A DNA stretch of 64,000 bases from NCBI GenBank assembly GCA_001786575.1, contig MFRW01000004.1:62655-126654 (forward strand). The letters are read 5' to 3'. The notes under the pieces were generated by a model. It saw nothing but the letters and a program-made list of their open reading frames with translations, searched no databases and was not told where the DNA came from. The DNA is from Candidatus Moranbacteria bacterium RIFCSPHIGHO2_01_FULL_55_24. GTDB taxonomy: Bacteria; Patescibacteriota; Minisyncoccia; Moranbacterales; UBA1568. Position 1 is the first letter of the stretch; each line of letters starts with the position of its first letter. Position numbers and translations under genes: made by a program. Positions 18,558-28,879 of the stretch are shown here, one piece after another.

Positions 18558-19364
18558 TTAACTTTGGAGCCGGGCTTTGCTTAGGCGCGCCTTGATTGTG
18601 TAAAAAACCCGGACGAGGACGAGGAGCGTCACGAGCAGGGCAGAGAAACCGTAGAGCCAGATCATCCACCACTCTTTCGAATCGGTTCCGCTCATGATGC
18701 CATGAGCCAGGAAAAAGAAATAGGCAGGAAAACTCACGTAGTGGATGGTGCGCCACGTCTTGAACGACATTTGTTTGCGAAATTCAGACGTCAGGATGAG
18801 AACCGTGATGCCGTAGAAGGCAAGAATCCCTAAAGCGACTGCCCAGCGGAAATCGAAGCCGAGAGCCGAAGCGTAGTCGCGGCTAATGAGAAATGGTATC
18901 AGGGCTTCGCCCAGGCGAAGCTGGAAATATGGATCGAAAAGAAGGCTTACGAAGTGGGCTACTACGAGAGTGAGCGCGCTCCAAGAGAAGAAGCGATGCA
19001 TCTCGTAGTTCATGGGCGGCGGCAGGAAGGTGGCTACGAGCCGCGTGGACATGAGCAGGCCGTTTATGGCCACGATGGTCAGGAGGATAAAGGCTGCGAT
19101 GCCGCTCGCTCGGCTGATATACCAGGCAAGCTGGGGTGTTCCGATTAGGCCAGGGTTCTCGATAGTTGTTTCTGCGGGTTCTGCTGTATAAGTGTCTGCC
19201 GGTGTGGGAGTCGGGGACAGATCGCGGATAGTGGGAGCGGGAACGAAAATCTCCTCGCTTTCTTCTGCATCGGACTGCTCATCTTCAGCTTTGACGAGAG
19301 GTATTTGGGCCGCAAAAAACAGGATGATGATGAGGAAAAAGATTTTAGAGCGTGTTCCAGACAT
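18558..19364 (-). CDS. Ferric-reductase-like (MsrQ-type) transmembrane heme protein
   Basis: WYISRASG, four His (MHR, AHF, IHY, AHG), GTD. Confidence 0.85.
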   Translation of the reverse strand: MSGTRSKIFFLIIILFFAAQIPLVKAEDEQSDAEESEEIFVPAPTIRDLSPTPTPADTYTAEPAETTIENPGLIGTPQLAWYISRASGIAAFILLTIVAINGLLMSTRLVATFLPPPMNYEMHRFFSWSALTLVVAHFVSLLFDPYFQLRLGEALIPFLISRDYASALGFDFRWAVALGILAFYGITVLILTSEFRKQMSFKTWRTIHYVSFPAYFFFLAHGIMSGTDSKEWWMIWLYGFSALLVTLLVLVRVFYTIKARLSKARLQS

Positions 19365-20271
19365 AGGGAATGGCTTCTGGAGTAAACAGGATTTTCCCGT
19401 CCTGCATTGCCAGTATAGCAGAAAGCGATTTTTCTTCGGCGAAAGCCAGCGCTTCGTTTTTCCCGAGAAGAAAAAGAGTCTTGGCGAACACATCGGCCGA
19501 GGTCGCATCTTCGGCGATGACGGTAGCGGTCGCCAGATCGCTCGGAAAGCTTTTCCCGCTCTCCGGATGGATCAGATGGTGTTTCGGTTCGCCTTCTTTT
19601 TCCCACCGGCGCCGATTGCTGCCGGAAGTCGCTACCCCTTTGCCGGAAAGGAGAAGCATCGCCAGAGTGTGCCGGCTATCATGAGGGTCTTCTACGTCGA
19701 TTCCCCAGTTCTGGTCGTCCAACATATTCCTCCCAGCTGCGAAGATGTCGCCGCCCGCGTCTACAAGGAAGTTTTCAAAGCGCGTCGCCAGGAAACGGGC
19801 GACTTTGTCTACGACGAAGCCTTTGCCGATCCCTCCCAAGTCGATCTTCATCGTTTTCGGTTTGGTGATCGTATTGTCTGATTGATTGAGAGCAAGGGCG
19901 TCGAGCTGCTCCGGCCGCCACTCGCCCTGCCGCTCTTCGGCATATGCTCCGAGATAGCCTTCTTTCTCAAGTGCCGGAAGAAGCGCAGGATTGAAGAGTC
20001 CGCGCGTCTGCTGGGAAAAGTCCTTCGATTGTTTCAAAAGGCTGAAGAGTTCATCGGAAACGACGCAAGATTCGGACTCGTTGAATCTCCACAGCTCGTT
20101 CTCTTTCTGAAAACGGCTGTACCGGGACTCGAAATCACGGAACATAGCGAAAGATTCTTCGAGAGCGGCCGCGGCAGCGTCTTCCTGTCCGGCACGAAAC
20201 TGAATCTCGATATAGATATCGGTTTTCATGATTTCTTGCTGCAGCTCGCGAGCGATTTTCTTCCAGCTCAT
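19345..20271 (-). CDS. apbE: FAD:protein FMN transferase
   Basis: SRF...ELWRFN, IDLGGIGKG, DAGGDI, VATSG, HHLIHP, ADVFAK. Confidence 0.93.
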   Translation of the reverse strand: MSWKKIARELQQEIMKTDIYIEIQFRAGQEDAAAAALEESFAMFRDFESRYSRFQKENELWRFNESESCVVSDELFSLLKQSKDFSQQTRGLFNPALLPALEKEGYLGAYAEERQGEWRPEQLDALALNQSDNTITKPKTMKIDLGGIGKGFVVDKVARFLATRFENFLVDAGGDIFAAGRNMLDDQNWGIDVEDPHDSRHTLAMLLLSGKGVATSGSNRRRWEKEGEPKHHLIHPESGKSFPSDLATATVIAEDATSADVFAKTLFLLGKNEALAFAEEKSLSAILAMQDGKILFTPEAIPYVWNTL

Positions 20272-20298
20272 AATGAGGATGCGTTTACCGGACCTGAT

Positions 20299-20649
20299 TT
20301 AGGAAGATTTGGTCTTGCGGGAACTCTTCGGCTTCTTTACTGCCGGTGCAGGAGCAGCAACCTTGGCCGGCTGCGGTGCCACGGTAGCGGGAGCGGCGAT
20401 CGGTTTAGGCGTAACAGGAGCAGGTTCCGGAGCCGGGGCTGGTGTTTCAGCAGGAGGCGTTGGCAAAATATCAGGAGCAACTTGATCGGCAGGCGGCAGA
20501 TCAACGATCGAAGGCAGTGGATTGTCATTCCACGCTATCTTCTGGCCATTTTTTGCCTGTTCTACGGCGACGACCGCGGAAAAGGAGCCGAGGAAAGCCA
20601 AAACGGCAAAACCCAGGAACCAAAAGCGAAATTTCCATTTGTTATTCAT
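20299..20649 (-). CDS. Small exported Pro/Ala-rich protein ending RKTKSS
   Basis: N-terminal hydrophobic helix and Pro-rich stalk; first gene of the apbE operon. Confidence 0.75.
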   Translation of the reverse strand: MNNKWKFRFWFLGFAVLAFLGSFSAVVAVEQAKNGQKIAWNDNPLPSIVDLPPADQVAPDILPTPPAETPAPAPEPAPVTPKPIAAPATVAPQPAKVAAPAPAVKKPKSSRKTKSS

Positions 20650-20753
20650 AGTGTTAGAGTGATAGCAGGTATTATTCTCTGTTGAGTAGTACGAGAAAGC
20701 AGAGAAAAAGTTTTCAAAACTGACAAAAAAAGCTTTATTTAAAGCACCAGACT

Positions 20754-21323
20754 ATGCCTTCTTCCCTCGAAGATCTTACCGATCAGGAATTGATAGCTCG
20801 GGCAAAAGATGACCCGGAGATGTTCGGGCTGCTCATGGACCGCTATGCGGAGCCTCTTCTGCGCTTCATCATGCGGCTCACGGGATGGGGAACGAATGAG
20901 GCGGAAGACATCCTTCAGGAAACATTTATCAAGACCTATCGCTACCTGAACAGCTACGATCCTGGTCTCAAGTTTTCAAGCTGGATCTACCGCATCGCCT
21001 ACAACCAGACCATCGATGCATTGCGGCACGAACAGGCGCGCCCTTTTATGAAGGCGCTCCCGGTGGAAGAGGTGGCCCACCTGCTTGCCGACCAGACTGA
21101 CCTTGAAGCCGAATTCCTCAAGCAAGAAGCTTTTGAAAAGCTTCAGACAGCTATCTACGCCCTTCCCTTGAAGTACCGAGAGGTGCTGGTTTTGCGTTTC
21201 CTCGAGGAAAAAGACTATGATGAAATAACTGACATCCTCCAGAAGCCGAAGGGGACGGTAGCGACTCTCATCCGCCGCGGGAGAAAACTTCTTTTTGAAA
21301 ACATTCAGCAGATATCCGCGTAA
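20754..21323 (+). CDS. ECF sigma-70 factor
   Basis: AEDILQETFIK, FSSWIYRIAYN, LPLKYREVLVLRF, GTVATLIRRGR. Confidence 0.93.
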   Translation: MPSSLEDLTDQELIARAKDDPEMFGLLMDRYAEPLLRFIMRLTGWGTNEAEDILQETFIKTYRYLNSYDPGLKFSSWIYRIAYNQTIDALRHEQARPFMKALPVEEVAHLLADQTDLEAEFLKQEAFEKLQTAIYALPLKYREVLVLRFLEEKDYDEITDILQKPKGTVATLIRRGRKLLFENIQQISA

Positions 21324-21332
21324 TACATATAT

Positions 21333-21794
21333 ATGACTCCCTTCGCCGAAAAGACCTTGGACCGGATCCGCCAAGAACGCCTCGCACCTCTGCCAAGCTG
21401 GCTTTTCCGGTCGATTCAGTTCGGATGGTGGGCGGGAGTGGGCAGCATGCTTGTTCTGGCCGGCGTATGTACAGCCATCGCCTTCCATATCGCTTTCGAA
21501 CTGCGGTGGAACCTGCTGGGCCGAAATGATCTTGGCTGGGCCGCTATTTTCTTTCTCTCCGCGCCGCTGGTCTGGCTCTTTTTCGTCCTCGTCTTCATCC
21601 TTCTGGGGAGCTACGCTTTTCGGCATACGCGGAACGGCTATCGGCATACCTTGCTTGTGATAATCCCCCTTTTCATCCTTGCAAGCCTCCTGCTGGCTTT
21701 TGTCTTAGAATACTCTCCCTTCGATGCGATCGTGGAGAACTTCTTTCTCCGCGCCGCTCCTCTCCAAGATTTACCGGAGAGCCTGATCCAGTAA
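21333..21794 (+). CDS. Membrane protein, probable anti-sigma factor
   Basis: Three hydrophobic helices; directly downstream of the ECF sigma gene. Confidence 0.65.
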   Translation: MTPFAEKTLDRIRQERLAPLPSWLFRSIQFGWWAGVGSMLVLAGVCTAIAFHIAFELRWNLLGRNDLGWAAIFFLSAPLVWLFFVLVFILLGSYAFRHTRNGYRHTLLVIIPLFILASLLLAFVLEYSPFDAIVENFFLRAAPLQDLPESLIQ

Positions 21795-21906
21795 GTTCCG
21801 CACACAACGGCTGGCTGATCCTGCGAGTGTACCGGAGACAGGCATTTGACAGCGAGGAGTATAATAGAGATGGAGCAAGAATTTTTATCATTTCTTATAG
21901 GAACAT

Positions 21907-22053
21907 ATGAAGAAAAAATCTACCCGGATCGTAGACAAAGAGAAGGAAATGCAGGAGCATTTCCACCTGACCCGCCCTCCGCGGCTTGATGGGAAGGCGA
22001 AGAACGCCATGATGCTTTCCAAGCGGAAGAAAAAGAAAGCTGAAAAAGAGTAG
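21907..22053 (+). CDS. Small basic hypothetical protein (48 aa)
   Basis: MKKKSTRIVDKEKEMQEHFHLTRPPRLDGKAKNAMMLSKRKKKKAEKE; AGGA RBS and upstream TTGACA/TATAAT-like boxes. Confidence 0.5.
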   Translation: MKKKSTRIVDKEKEMQEHFHLTRPPRLDGKAKNAMMLSKRKKKKAEKE

Positions 22054-22086
22054 GAAGAGAGACGTAATCAGCTAAATAACCCACAT

Positions 22087-22206
22087 ATGATGTACGGATA
22101 CAGTTTTTTCGGGGGAGGACTCGGTCTTCTGACCTGGCTCGCTCTCTTTATCGACCTGGTGCTGGTCGGAGTGTGGCTCTGGCAGCAGATAGCGAAGAAG
22201 CAATAA
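22087..22206 (+). CDS. Small single-TM protein (39 aa)
   Basis: MMYGYSFFGGGLGLLTWLALFIDLVLVGVWLWQQIAKKQ fills the gap before the PRTase gene. Confidence 0.6.
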   Translation: MMYGYSFFGGGLGLLTWLALFIDLVLVGVWLWQQIAKKQ

Positions 22207-22216
22207 GAAAATCGCC

Positions 22217-22861
22217 ATGGGGGTATTCGCTGACAGACAAGAAGCGGGGAAGCTCCTCGCGAAAAAGCTTGCGGAGTATCGCGGCACGGACGCCGTGATC
22301 ATAGCGCTTCCGCGAGGCGGAGTCGTCACTGGCGCTGAAGTGGCCCGCGCGCTCCATCTCCCGCTCGACATCGCGGTCGTGCGCAAGATAGGGCACCCAC
22401 AGAACCCCGAGTACGCGATCTGCGTCACGGACGAGAAAGGCATATCCATATGCAACGAAGCGGAGGCCCGGGCGGTCGATCAGGATTGGCTCAAAGAAGA
22501 GATCGAACGGCAAAGAAAGGAAGCGGAGCGGCGTATCGCTGCCTACAGGGGCAAAGAGAAGCGGCGCGAACTCGGCGGGAAGACAGTCATAGTGGTGGAT
22601 GACGGCATCGCGACCGGTCTCACTATGCGGGGAGCGCTCCTGGCGATCCGGAAAGAGCATCCCAAGAAACTCGTCGTAGCGGTTCCGGCGGCTCCGTACG
22701 ATGCGGAACTGGCGTTACGCGAAGAGGTGGACTCGATAGTGATTCTTGAGGATACCCGGCACTATCTCGGGGCGGTCGGAGCGTACTATGATGATTTCCC
22801 CCAGGTTTCCGACGAAGAAGTGATCGATCTCTTGAAGGAGGATACGCTCAAGAAAACATGA
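22217..22861 (+). CDS. Phosphoribosyltransferase-family protein
   Basis: FADRQEAG, ALPRGGV, PRPP loop VIVVDDGIATG, AVGAYYDDFPQVSD. Confidence 0.92.
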   Translation: MGVFADRQEAGKLLAKKLAEYRGTDAVIIALPRGGVVTGAEVARALHLPLDIAVVRKIGHPQNPEYAICVTDEKGISICNEAEARAVDQDWLKEEIERQRKEAERRIAAYRGKEKRRELGGKTVIVVDDGIATGLTMRGALLAIRKEHPKKLVVAVPAAPYDAELALREEVDSIVILEDTRHYLGAVGAYYDDFPQVSDEEVIDLLKEDTLKKT

Positions 22862-22891
22862 AACTTTTGAAAAGCGAATAATTCCCTCTTT

Positions 22892-23299
22892 ATGGAAATA
22901 TTTACCGTCGAGACAGAACAAGAGCGCCAGGTCGTCGATCTGACGGACAAGGTGAACGAAATAATCGGGCATCACCCTGTAAAAGGGGAGATGTGCCATC
23001 TTTTCATACGCCATACGACTGCTGCGCTTACCATTGTTCCTATCGATCCGAAGAGGGAACTGGACCTCATAGGGATGATAGAAGCGATGGTGCCTCATCA
23101 CCTGCATGTGAAAGCGTCCCAAAACGGGCACGACCATGTCGCGACCTATCTCCCGGCAGATATTCTGGCATCTTTCGTTGGTTCAACTCTTGCGATTCCG
23201 GTAAAGAACAAGAAACTCATGCTTGGGGATTTTCAGCGAGTCGTTCTTTTGGAATTCGCCGGTCCCAGCAAGCGCGAAATCGTGTATATCTGCGCTTGA
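22892..23299 (+). CDS. YjbQ/UPF0047-family protein
   Basis: VDLTDKV, FIRHTTAAL, LMLGDFQRVVLLEFAGP..R. Confidence 0.85.
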   Translation: MEIFTVETEQERQVVDLTDKVNEIIGHHPVKGEMCHLFIRHTTAALTIVPIDPKRELDLIGMIEAMVPHHLHVKASQNGHDHVATYLPADILASFVGSTLAIPVKNKKLMLGDFQRVVLLEFAGPSKREIVYICA

Positions 23300-23446
23300 T
23301 AAGACTCCGCTGCAAAAATATATGGGAAAGCGCCTCGCGGAGGCGTTTTTTGATAATAAGCGAAGTTGACGAAAGATTTCAAAGAAGTTACTTTTGCCTT
23401 GAGCAAAGTTCGTTCACAATTTCAAAGAGAGAAAGGAGAAACCGTT

Positions 23447-24022
23447 ATGAAAATACTTCTTGCTGTCTTGGCTCTCGGAGCCGCAAGCACGCCGCTCAAT
23501 GATGCACGGCATCAGGCTTTCATTCAGACGACGGATCCGCCGCCGTCCGCCGCATTTCCCATGGTCGATCGGCCGATGACCGCCGGGTTCGCTGTTTCGG
23601 GGAAGAGGGAGATCGATACGATCATCCTCCATTCCTCGTACGATCCTGTCGGTAAGGATCCGTACTCGGTCCGAGGAGTTGTCCGGGGATATGAGCGGTA
23701 CGGCGTGAGCGCACATTACCTGATCGATCGAGCGGGCGCTATCTATCGCCTGGTTCCCGAGAAGAACGTGAGCTACCATGCCGGGGCGAGCAGGATGCCG
23801 GACGGACGGACCAACGTCAACCGGTTCTCACTCGGCATCGAGATCATGAACAAGAAGGATGACAGCTATACGCCGGCCCAATACGCTGCCGCCCGTTACC
23901 TCATAAGCAGGCTGAAGGGCCAATATCCCATCAGGTATGTCTTGGGGCATAACAAGATCGCGCCGGACAGAAAGAGCGACCCGTGGAATTTCAATTGGAA
24001 TACGCTCCGGTCGCCGGCATGA
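23447..24022 (+). CDS. N-acetylmuramoyl-L-alanine amidase (Amidase_2), exported
   Basis: IILHS, VSAHYLIDR, SYHAG, SLGIE, GHNKIAPDRKSDP; AAGGAG RBS. Confidence 0.92.
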   Translation: MKILLAVLALGAASTPLNDARHQAFIQTTDPPPSAAFPMVDRPMTAGFAVSGKREIDTIILHSSYDPVGKDPYSVRGVVRGYERYGVSAHYLIDRAGAIYRLVPEKNVSYHAGASRMPDGRTNVNRFSLGIEIMNKKDDSYTPAQYAAARYLISRLKGQYPIRYVLGHNKIAPDRKSDPWNFNWNTLRSPA

Positions 24023-24107
24023 GAAACAGGAGAACCTATGACTTTTCTCTTCTATCATCTAACCTAACCCACCGACGAGAAATTCGTTTCGGTGGGTTTT
24101 CTGTTTC

Positions 24108-24136
24108 TTGACAATACCCCCAGGGGGGTATAGATT
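24108..24136 (+). promoter_or_regulatory. Promoter with CsoR operator
   Basis: TTGACA-17-TAGATT enclosing the inverted repeat ATACCCCC-AG-GGGGGTAT (24114-24131), the typical CsoR C/G-tract operator. Confidence 0.88.
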
Positions 24137-24159
24137 GGAAATATTTCTAAGGAAAATCT

Positions 24160-24423
24160 ATGCATCAATCCAAACAGAAGCTTTCTCGGCGCCTCAAGAT
24201 TATCGAGGGCCAAGTGCGCGGGCTCCAGGAGATGATTGCCAAAGACGCGTACTGCATCGATGTCATCACGCAGACTTCGGCGGTGAAGCAGGCGCTCACG
24301 GCGATAGAGGATGCTCTTATGGAGAGCCATTTGAACACCTGTGTCATCAAACAGATCAAGGGGGGCAAGGAAAGCAAGGCCAAAGAAGAGATCCTCAAGG
24401 TTTACCGGCTTAAGCGCAAGTAA
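24160..24423 (+). CDS. csoR: CsoR-family copper-sensing repressor
   Basis: RRLKIIEGQVRG, YCIDV, HLNTC (Cys-His-Cys ligands). Confidence 0.92.
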   Translation: MHQSKQKLSRRLKIIEGQVRGLQEMIAKDAYCIDVITQTSAVKQALTAIEDALMESHLNTCVIKQIKGGKESKAKEEILKVYRLKRK

Positions 24424-24443
24424 TTATATTTATACGAACTTTT

Positions 24444-25103
24444 ATGAATAAAGATGCGATAGCCTACGGAGTTATCGGCCTCCTGTTGGGCGTAGTGATC
24501 ACCGGCTTTACGGCAGGATACGCAGTGAATAACGATATGCGAGGAATGATGAATATGATTGGCATGTGGCCGTCGTCGGGACTGCAAAATTCAAAGACAA
24601 TGATGGAGAATAGCGACCGCCATTTTATAGAACAAATGATTCCGCATCATGAGGACGCTATTGTTATGGCTGATAGCGCTCTGGAAAAAGCACAGCATCA
24701 AGAGATTAAGAACCTCGCTAATGATATTAAACGAACACAAAGCGTTGAGATAGAACAGATGCAGGAGTGGTATAAGAATTGGTTTGGTGCTGAAGTTCCA
24801 AAAGATAGTTCGGTGATGGGTAGTAGCAGGATGCGTATGGGGATGATGGGCAATGAGAGTGATGTGGAGACATTAAGAAACGCTTCTAATTTCGACGAAT
24901 CTTTTATAGAAGAGATGATACCGCATCACCAGATGGCAGTAATGATGGCCAATATGTTGCTCGTTGGCACAAATCGTCCTGAAATGAAAAAACTGGCTGA
25001 AGATATCATTTCTGCCCAGACAAAAGAAATAAATGAAATGCGACAGTGGATGAAAGACTGGGGTTATACGGCGGGCAACGATGCCGGTATGATGCAACGC
25101 TAG
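24444..25103 (+). CDS. DUF305 (CopM-like) exported Met/His-rich protein
   Basis: Two FIE.MIPHH..A..MA repeats. Confidence 0.88.
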   Translation: MNKDAIAYGVIGLLLGVVITGFTAGYAVNNDMRGMMNMIGMWPSSGLQNSKTMMENSDRHFIEQMIPHHEDAIVMADSALEKAQHQEIKNLANDIKRTQSVEIEQMQEWYKNWFGAEVPKDSSVMGSSRMRMGMMGNESDVETLRNASNFDESFIEEMIPHHQMAVMMANMLLVGTNRPEMKKLAEDIISAQTKEINEMRQWMKDWGYTAGNDAGMMQR

Positions 25104-25150
25104 AGCGTGAGGATGGCGCGTAAACGCTAAATATTTTTAGAAACAAGATC

Positions 25151-25540
25151 ATGCAATACTCTCTTAGGAAAAAAGTAGCTGCGTCCGATTTTAGTGAGGT
25201 CGTGGAAGAAACGAAAGAGGCGCTTAAAGAGCAGGGTTTCGGCATTTTAACGGTAGTAGATGTCCAGGCGACACTTAGCCAGAAGCTTGGAGTAGAGTAT
25301 GGGCAGTATATCATTTTAGGTGCGTGCAATCCGCCTCTCGCTTACCAAGCATTACAAGCAGAAAAGGAAATTGGCCTTTTTTTGCCCTGTAATATTATTG
25401 TCTATGAGGAAAATTCAGAGTTTTTCGTTTCTACCATCCTGCCTACGGCCGCAATGAATATGCTGGATAATCCGGCGCTTCAAAAGGTAGCGCGTGAAGT
25501 TGAGAATAAGCTGCGAATGGTTCTTGATCATATTGAATGA
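25151..25540 (+). CDS. DUF302-family protein
   Basis: LKEQGFGIL, ILGACNP, GLFLPCNIIV. Confidence 0.88.
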   Translation: MQYSLRKKVAASDFSEVVEETKEALKEQGFGILTVVDVQATLSQKLGVEYGQYIILGACNPPLAYQALQAEKEIGLFLPCNIIVYEENSEFFVSTILPTAAMNMLDNPALQKVAREVENKLRMVLDHIE

Positions 25541-25543
25541 TAT

Positions 25544-27841
25544 ATGGATATGGATACACGGACCTATAGGATCAGGGGAATGCACTGCGCTTCCTGCGCG
25601 AGCATCATCGAGAAATCCTTTAAAAAGCTCGCAGGAGTCGAGTCCGCAGAGGTGAACTATGGGACGGAAACGGCGAAAGTGACCTTCGATAAGACGAAGA
25701 CGGATCCGCACCATCTGTCGGAGCAGATCAAGCCGCTCGGCTATTCCCTCTCGCTGCCTTCCGCTGAAGAGATGAACATGTCTTCCGATGAGCATGCGGC
25801 GCATCTCGGTATCAGCCAGTCCAAGGAAGAAAAACTTGCAGAGATTTCCGATCTCCGCGGGAAAGTGCTTTCGGCTCTTCCGCTCGCCGCGGGGAGCGCG
25901 TTCGTCATGCTCTGGGATACTCTGGCGGCATTCGATGTCCTGCCTGCGCCATCGCACACGCTCAAAGAATTTTTCCATCACCTGCTTCCGCTTTTCGCGA
26001 CGTATGTGCTCTTTGTCGTCGGCAAGCCGTACCTCCTCGGCTTCTACCGCTTTCTCCGCTATGGCCAGGCCAATATGGATACGCTCATCGGTATCGGTAC
26101 TTCGGTAGCGTATGTATATAGCTTCATCTTGGCAGCTTTCGAAGGGCCTCTCGCGCCCTATCTGAATGTCGAGGCGACTTACTACGATGTGACGATCATC
26201 GTCATTACCTTCATCGCTCTGGGGAAATACTTGGAAGCGCGGGCGAAACTTCGGACTGGGGACGCTATCGAGAAACTCCTGAATCTCCAGGCAAAAACAG
26301 CGCTCGTGATCCGTGATGGCAAAGAGGAGGAAATACCTCTGGAACAGGTGAAGCCCGGAGATACCGTCTTGGTGAAGCCCGGCGCGAAGATTCCGGTCGA
26401 CGGAAGCGTGCTCGAAGGCTCTTCTTTTGTCGATGAATCCATGGTGACCGGAGAGCCGATGCCGGCTGCGAAGGAAGAGGGCGATACGGTCGTCGCCGGT
26501 ACGCTCAATACGACCGGCAGCTTCACCTTCCGAGCTACGAAAGTCGGAGCCGAGACGCTCCTGGCGCAAATCGTGAAAATGGTGCGCGAAGCCCAGGGAA
26601 GCCGAGCACCCATCCAGGCTCTGGCGGACAAGATCTCGGCGGTTTTTGTTCCGGTAGTGCTCGTTCTGGCGTTCGCGGCTCTCGGGCTCTGGCTTCTTTT
26701 CGGAATACCCGCACTCGGCTTTTCGCAGGCCCTCTCGCTCGCGCTCACTTCTTTCGTGGGGATCCTCGTGATCGCCTGTCCGTGCGCTTTGGGGCTCGCC
26801 ACGCCGACAGCTATCATCGTCGGAGTCGGTAAGGGGGCACGGGAGGGTATCCTCATCAAGGATGCGGCGACCTTGGAGAAACTCCATAAGGCGGATACGG
26901 TGGTCGTCGATAAGACGGGGACGATTACTCGGGGGAAGCCCGAGCTCCTCGCCATCCAAAATTACTCGGATCAGGACGAGGCGGAACTTCTCTCTCTCCT
27001 GGCATCGCTCGAGAAAGCATCGGAGCATCCTGTGGCTCATGCCATTCTGCAGTCTGCAGAGAAACAGAAAAGAGAACTTCTCCAGGTAAAGAACTTTCAG
27101 AGTATCAAGGGGAAGGGAGTCGAAGGGGAAATCGCGGACCAGAAGTATTTTGCCGGCAACCTGAAGCTGATCGAAGAGCTTGGCCTCGCATTCGATAAGG
27201 AAAGAATCATTCTTGAGACGAAAGCAGGCAAAACCCCGATATTCCTTGCGACCGAAGACCGAGTCTTGGCAAGCTTCTTGGTCGCTGATGCGCTCAAGGA
27301 AGGCGCTCGGGAGGCGATCGAAGCCCTGCATCGCCTGGGGATCCGAGTCATCATGCTTTCGGGAGATGATCAGAATACCGCGGAAGCAATCGCGAAAGAA
27401 GTCGGGATAGATGAAGTGGTTGCCGAAGTGCTCCCCGAAGACAAGCTCAAGAAGATCGAGGCGCTCCAGAAAGAAGGCAGGATCGTCGCGATGGCGGGGG
27501 ACGGCGTGAACGATGCGCCTGCTTTAGCGAAGGCGGATGTCGGCATCGCCATGGGGACCGGTACCGATGTCGCCATCGAGACGGCCGGCATCACGCTCCT
27601 CCACGGCGATATCTCCAAGCTCGTCAAAGCTATCCGGCTCTCAAAAATGACAATGACCGGCATCCGGCAGAATCTTTTCTGGGCCTTCGTATACAATATC
27701 GTGGGCATCCCGCTGGCTGCAGGCCTCTTCTATCCGCTTTTCGGCTGGCTTCTCTCGCCGGTATTCGCGGGCCTTGCTATGGCCTTCTCGAGCTTCTCGG
27801 TCGTCGGGAACTCGCTTCGCTTAAAGACGAAAAAGCTGTAA
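25544..27841 (+). CDS. copA: Cu(I)-exporting P1B-type ATPase
   Basis: [42 protein letters not shown] and MAFSS in TMs. Confidence 0.96.
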   Translation: MDMDTRTYRIRGMHCASCASIIEKSFKKLAGVESAEVNYGTETAKVTFDKTKTDPHHLSEQIKPLGYSLSLPSAEEMNMSSDEHAAHLGISQSKEEKLAEISDLRGKVLSALPLAAGSAFVMLWDTLAAFDVLPAPSHTLKEFFHHLLPLFATYVLFVVGKPYLLGFYRFLRYGQANMDTLIGIGTSVAYVYSFILAAFEGPLAPYLNVEATYYDVTIIVITFIALGKYLEARAKLRTGDAIEKLLNLQAKTALVIRDGKEEEIPLEQVKPGDTVLVKPGAKIPVDGSVLEGSSFVDESMVTGEPMPAAKEEGDTVVAGTLNTTGSFTFRATKVGAETLLAQIVKMVREAQGSRAPIQALADKISAVFVPVVLVLAFAALGLWLLFGIPALGFSQALSLALTSFVGILVIACPCALGLATPTAIIVGVGKGAREGILIKDAATLEKLHKADTVVVDKTGTITRGKPELLAIQNYSDQDEAELLSLLASLEKASEHPVAHAILQSAEKQKRELLQVKNFQSIKGKGVEGEIADQKYFAGNLKLIEELGLAFDKERIILETKAGKTPIFLATEDRVLASFLVADALKEGAREAIEALHRLGIRVIMLSGDDQNTAEAIAKEVGIDEVVAEVLPEDKLKKIEALQKEGRIVAMAGDGVNDAPALAKADVGIAMGTGTDVAIETAGITLLHGDISKLVKAIRLSKMTMTGIRQNLFWAFVYNIVGIPLAAGLFYPLFGWLLSPVFAGLAMAFSSFSVVGNSLRLKTKKL

Positions 27842-27845
27842 CCTT

Positions 27846-28865
27846 ATGCAGACCTACACTTTCCATGTGCACGGTATGCACTGTAACTCCTGCGTCGTTC
27901 TGACCGAGAGCGAACTCAAAGAACTGCCAGGAGTAGCGTATGCCAAGACTTCTCTCAAGGATCAAACCGTAAGGGTTACGGGAACATTCGAGGGAAAGAC
28001 AGAAGCCGAGCTCGCGGAAGAATTTACCGCCGCTCTCCGGCCGCATGGCTATACGCTTTCGCTTGAAAAAGAGGAGAAGAGCATTGCGTGGATCGACTTC
28101 CGCTACGCGCTGCCTCTGGCGCTGCTCCTTATGGGTATTTTCGTGCTGCTCCAGAGGCTGGGAGTAGTGAATCTGGTCACGACAGCCGATGTGAATTACG
28201 GGACAGCCTTCGTCATAGGACTCATCGCTTCAGTTTCTACCTGTATGGCAGTCGTCGGCGGGTTGGTGCTCTCGGTTTCGGCAAACTTCGCCAAGGAAGG
28301 GGAAAAGACGCGTCCGCAGATGCTCTTCCATAGCGGACGTCTCGTCGCTTTCTTTTTTCTCGGCGGGGCTATCGGGAGTCTCGGCGCGGTTTTCCAGCTG
28401 GGTACCGGCGGCACTTTCATTCTCGGATTTCTCGTGAGCATCGTGCTGCTTATTCTCGGTATCAATCTCCTTGATGTTTTCCCCGGGTTGAAGCGCTGGC
28501 AGTTGGCGCTTCCGGCTTCTCTGGGAATCCGGATGCACGGCTTGAAGAATTTCAATCATCGTTTCACTCCTTTTCTCCTCGGCGTCGCGACTTTCTTCCT
28601 TCCCTGCGGGTTTACCCAGTCCATGCAGCTTTACACGCTGACCACAGGGAGCTTCTGGGCAGGCGCGACGCTCATGACGGCATTCGCTCTCGGAACGCTG
28701 CCGGTTCTCGCTCTTTTGAGCTTCAGTTCGCTCGCCATCCACGAGAAAGCCCAGTCGGGGATCTTCTTCAAGACGGCGGGACTGGTGGTCATCATGTTCG
28801 GACTGTTCAATCTCATCAATAGCCTGGTGGTGATAGGAGTGATCCGTCCGGTATTCAATTTCTAA
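27846..28865 (+). CDS. HMA domain fused to DsbD_2/TauE-like membrane domain
   Basis: GMHCNSC; STCMAVVGG; LPCGFTQSMQ; FALGTLP. Confidence 0.88.
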   Translation: MQTYTFHVHGMHCNSCVVLTESELKELPGVAYAKTSLKDQTVRVTGTFEGKTEAELAEEFTAALRPHGYTLSLEKEEKSIAWIDFRYALPLALLLMGIFVLLQRLGVVNLVTTADVNYGTAFVIGLIASVSTCMAVVGGLVLSVSANFAKEGEKTRPQMLFHSGRLVAFFFLGGAIGSLGAVFQLGTGGTFILGFLVSIVLLILGINLLDVFPGLKRWQLALPASLGIRMHGLKNFNHRFTPFLLGVATFFLPCGFTQSMQLYTLTTGSFWAGATLMTAFALGTLPVLALLSFSSLAIHEKAQSGIFFKTAGLVVIMFGLFNLINSLVVIGVIRPVFNF

Positions 28866-28879
28866 AAGAGAAAAGGGGT

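Noticed and set aside
25415-27331. Long antisense ORFs (also 567-2048, 2457-3653, 46906-48447, 52316-53659)
   Set aside because: In-register shadows of well-supported genes with GC-rich codon usage; no recognisable motifs.
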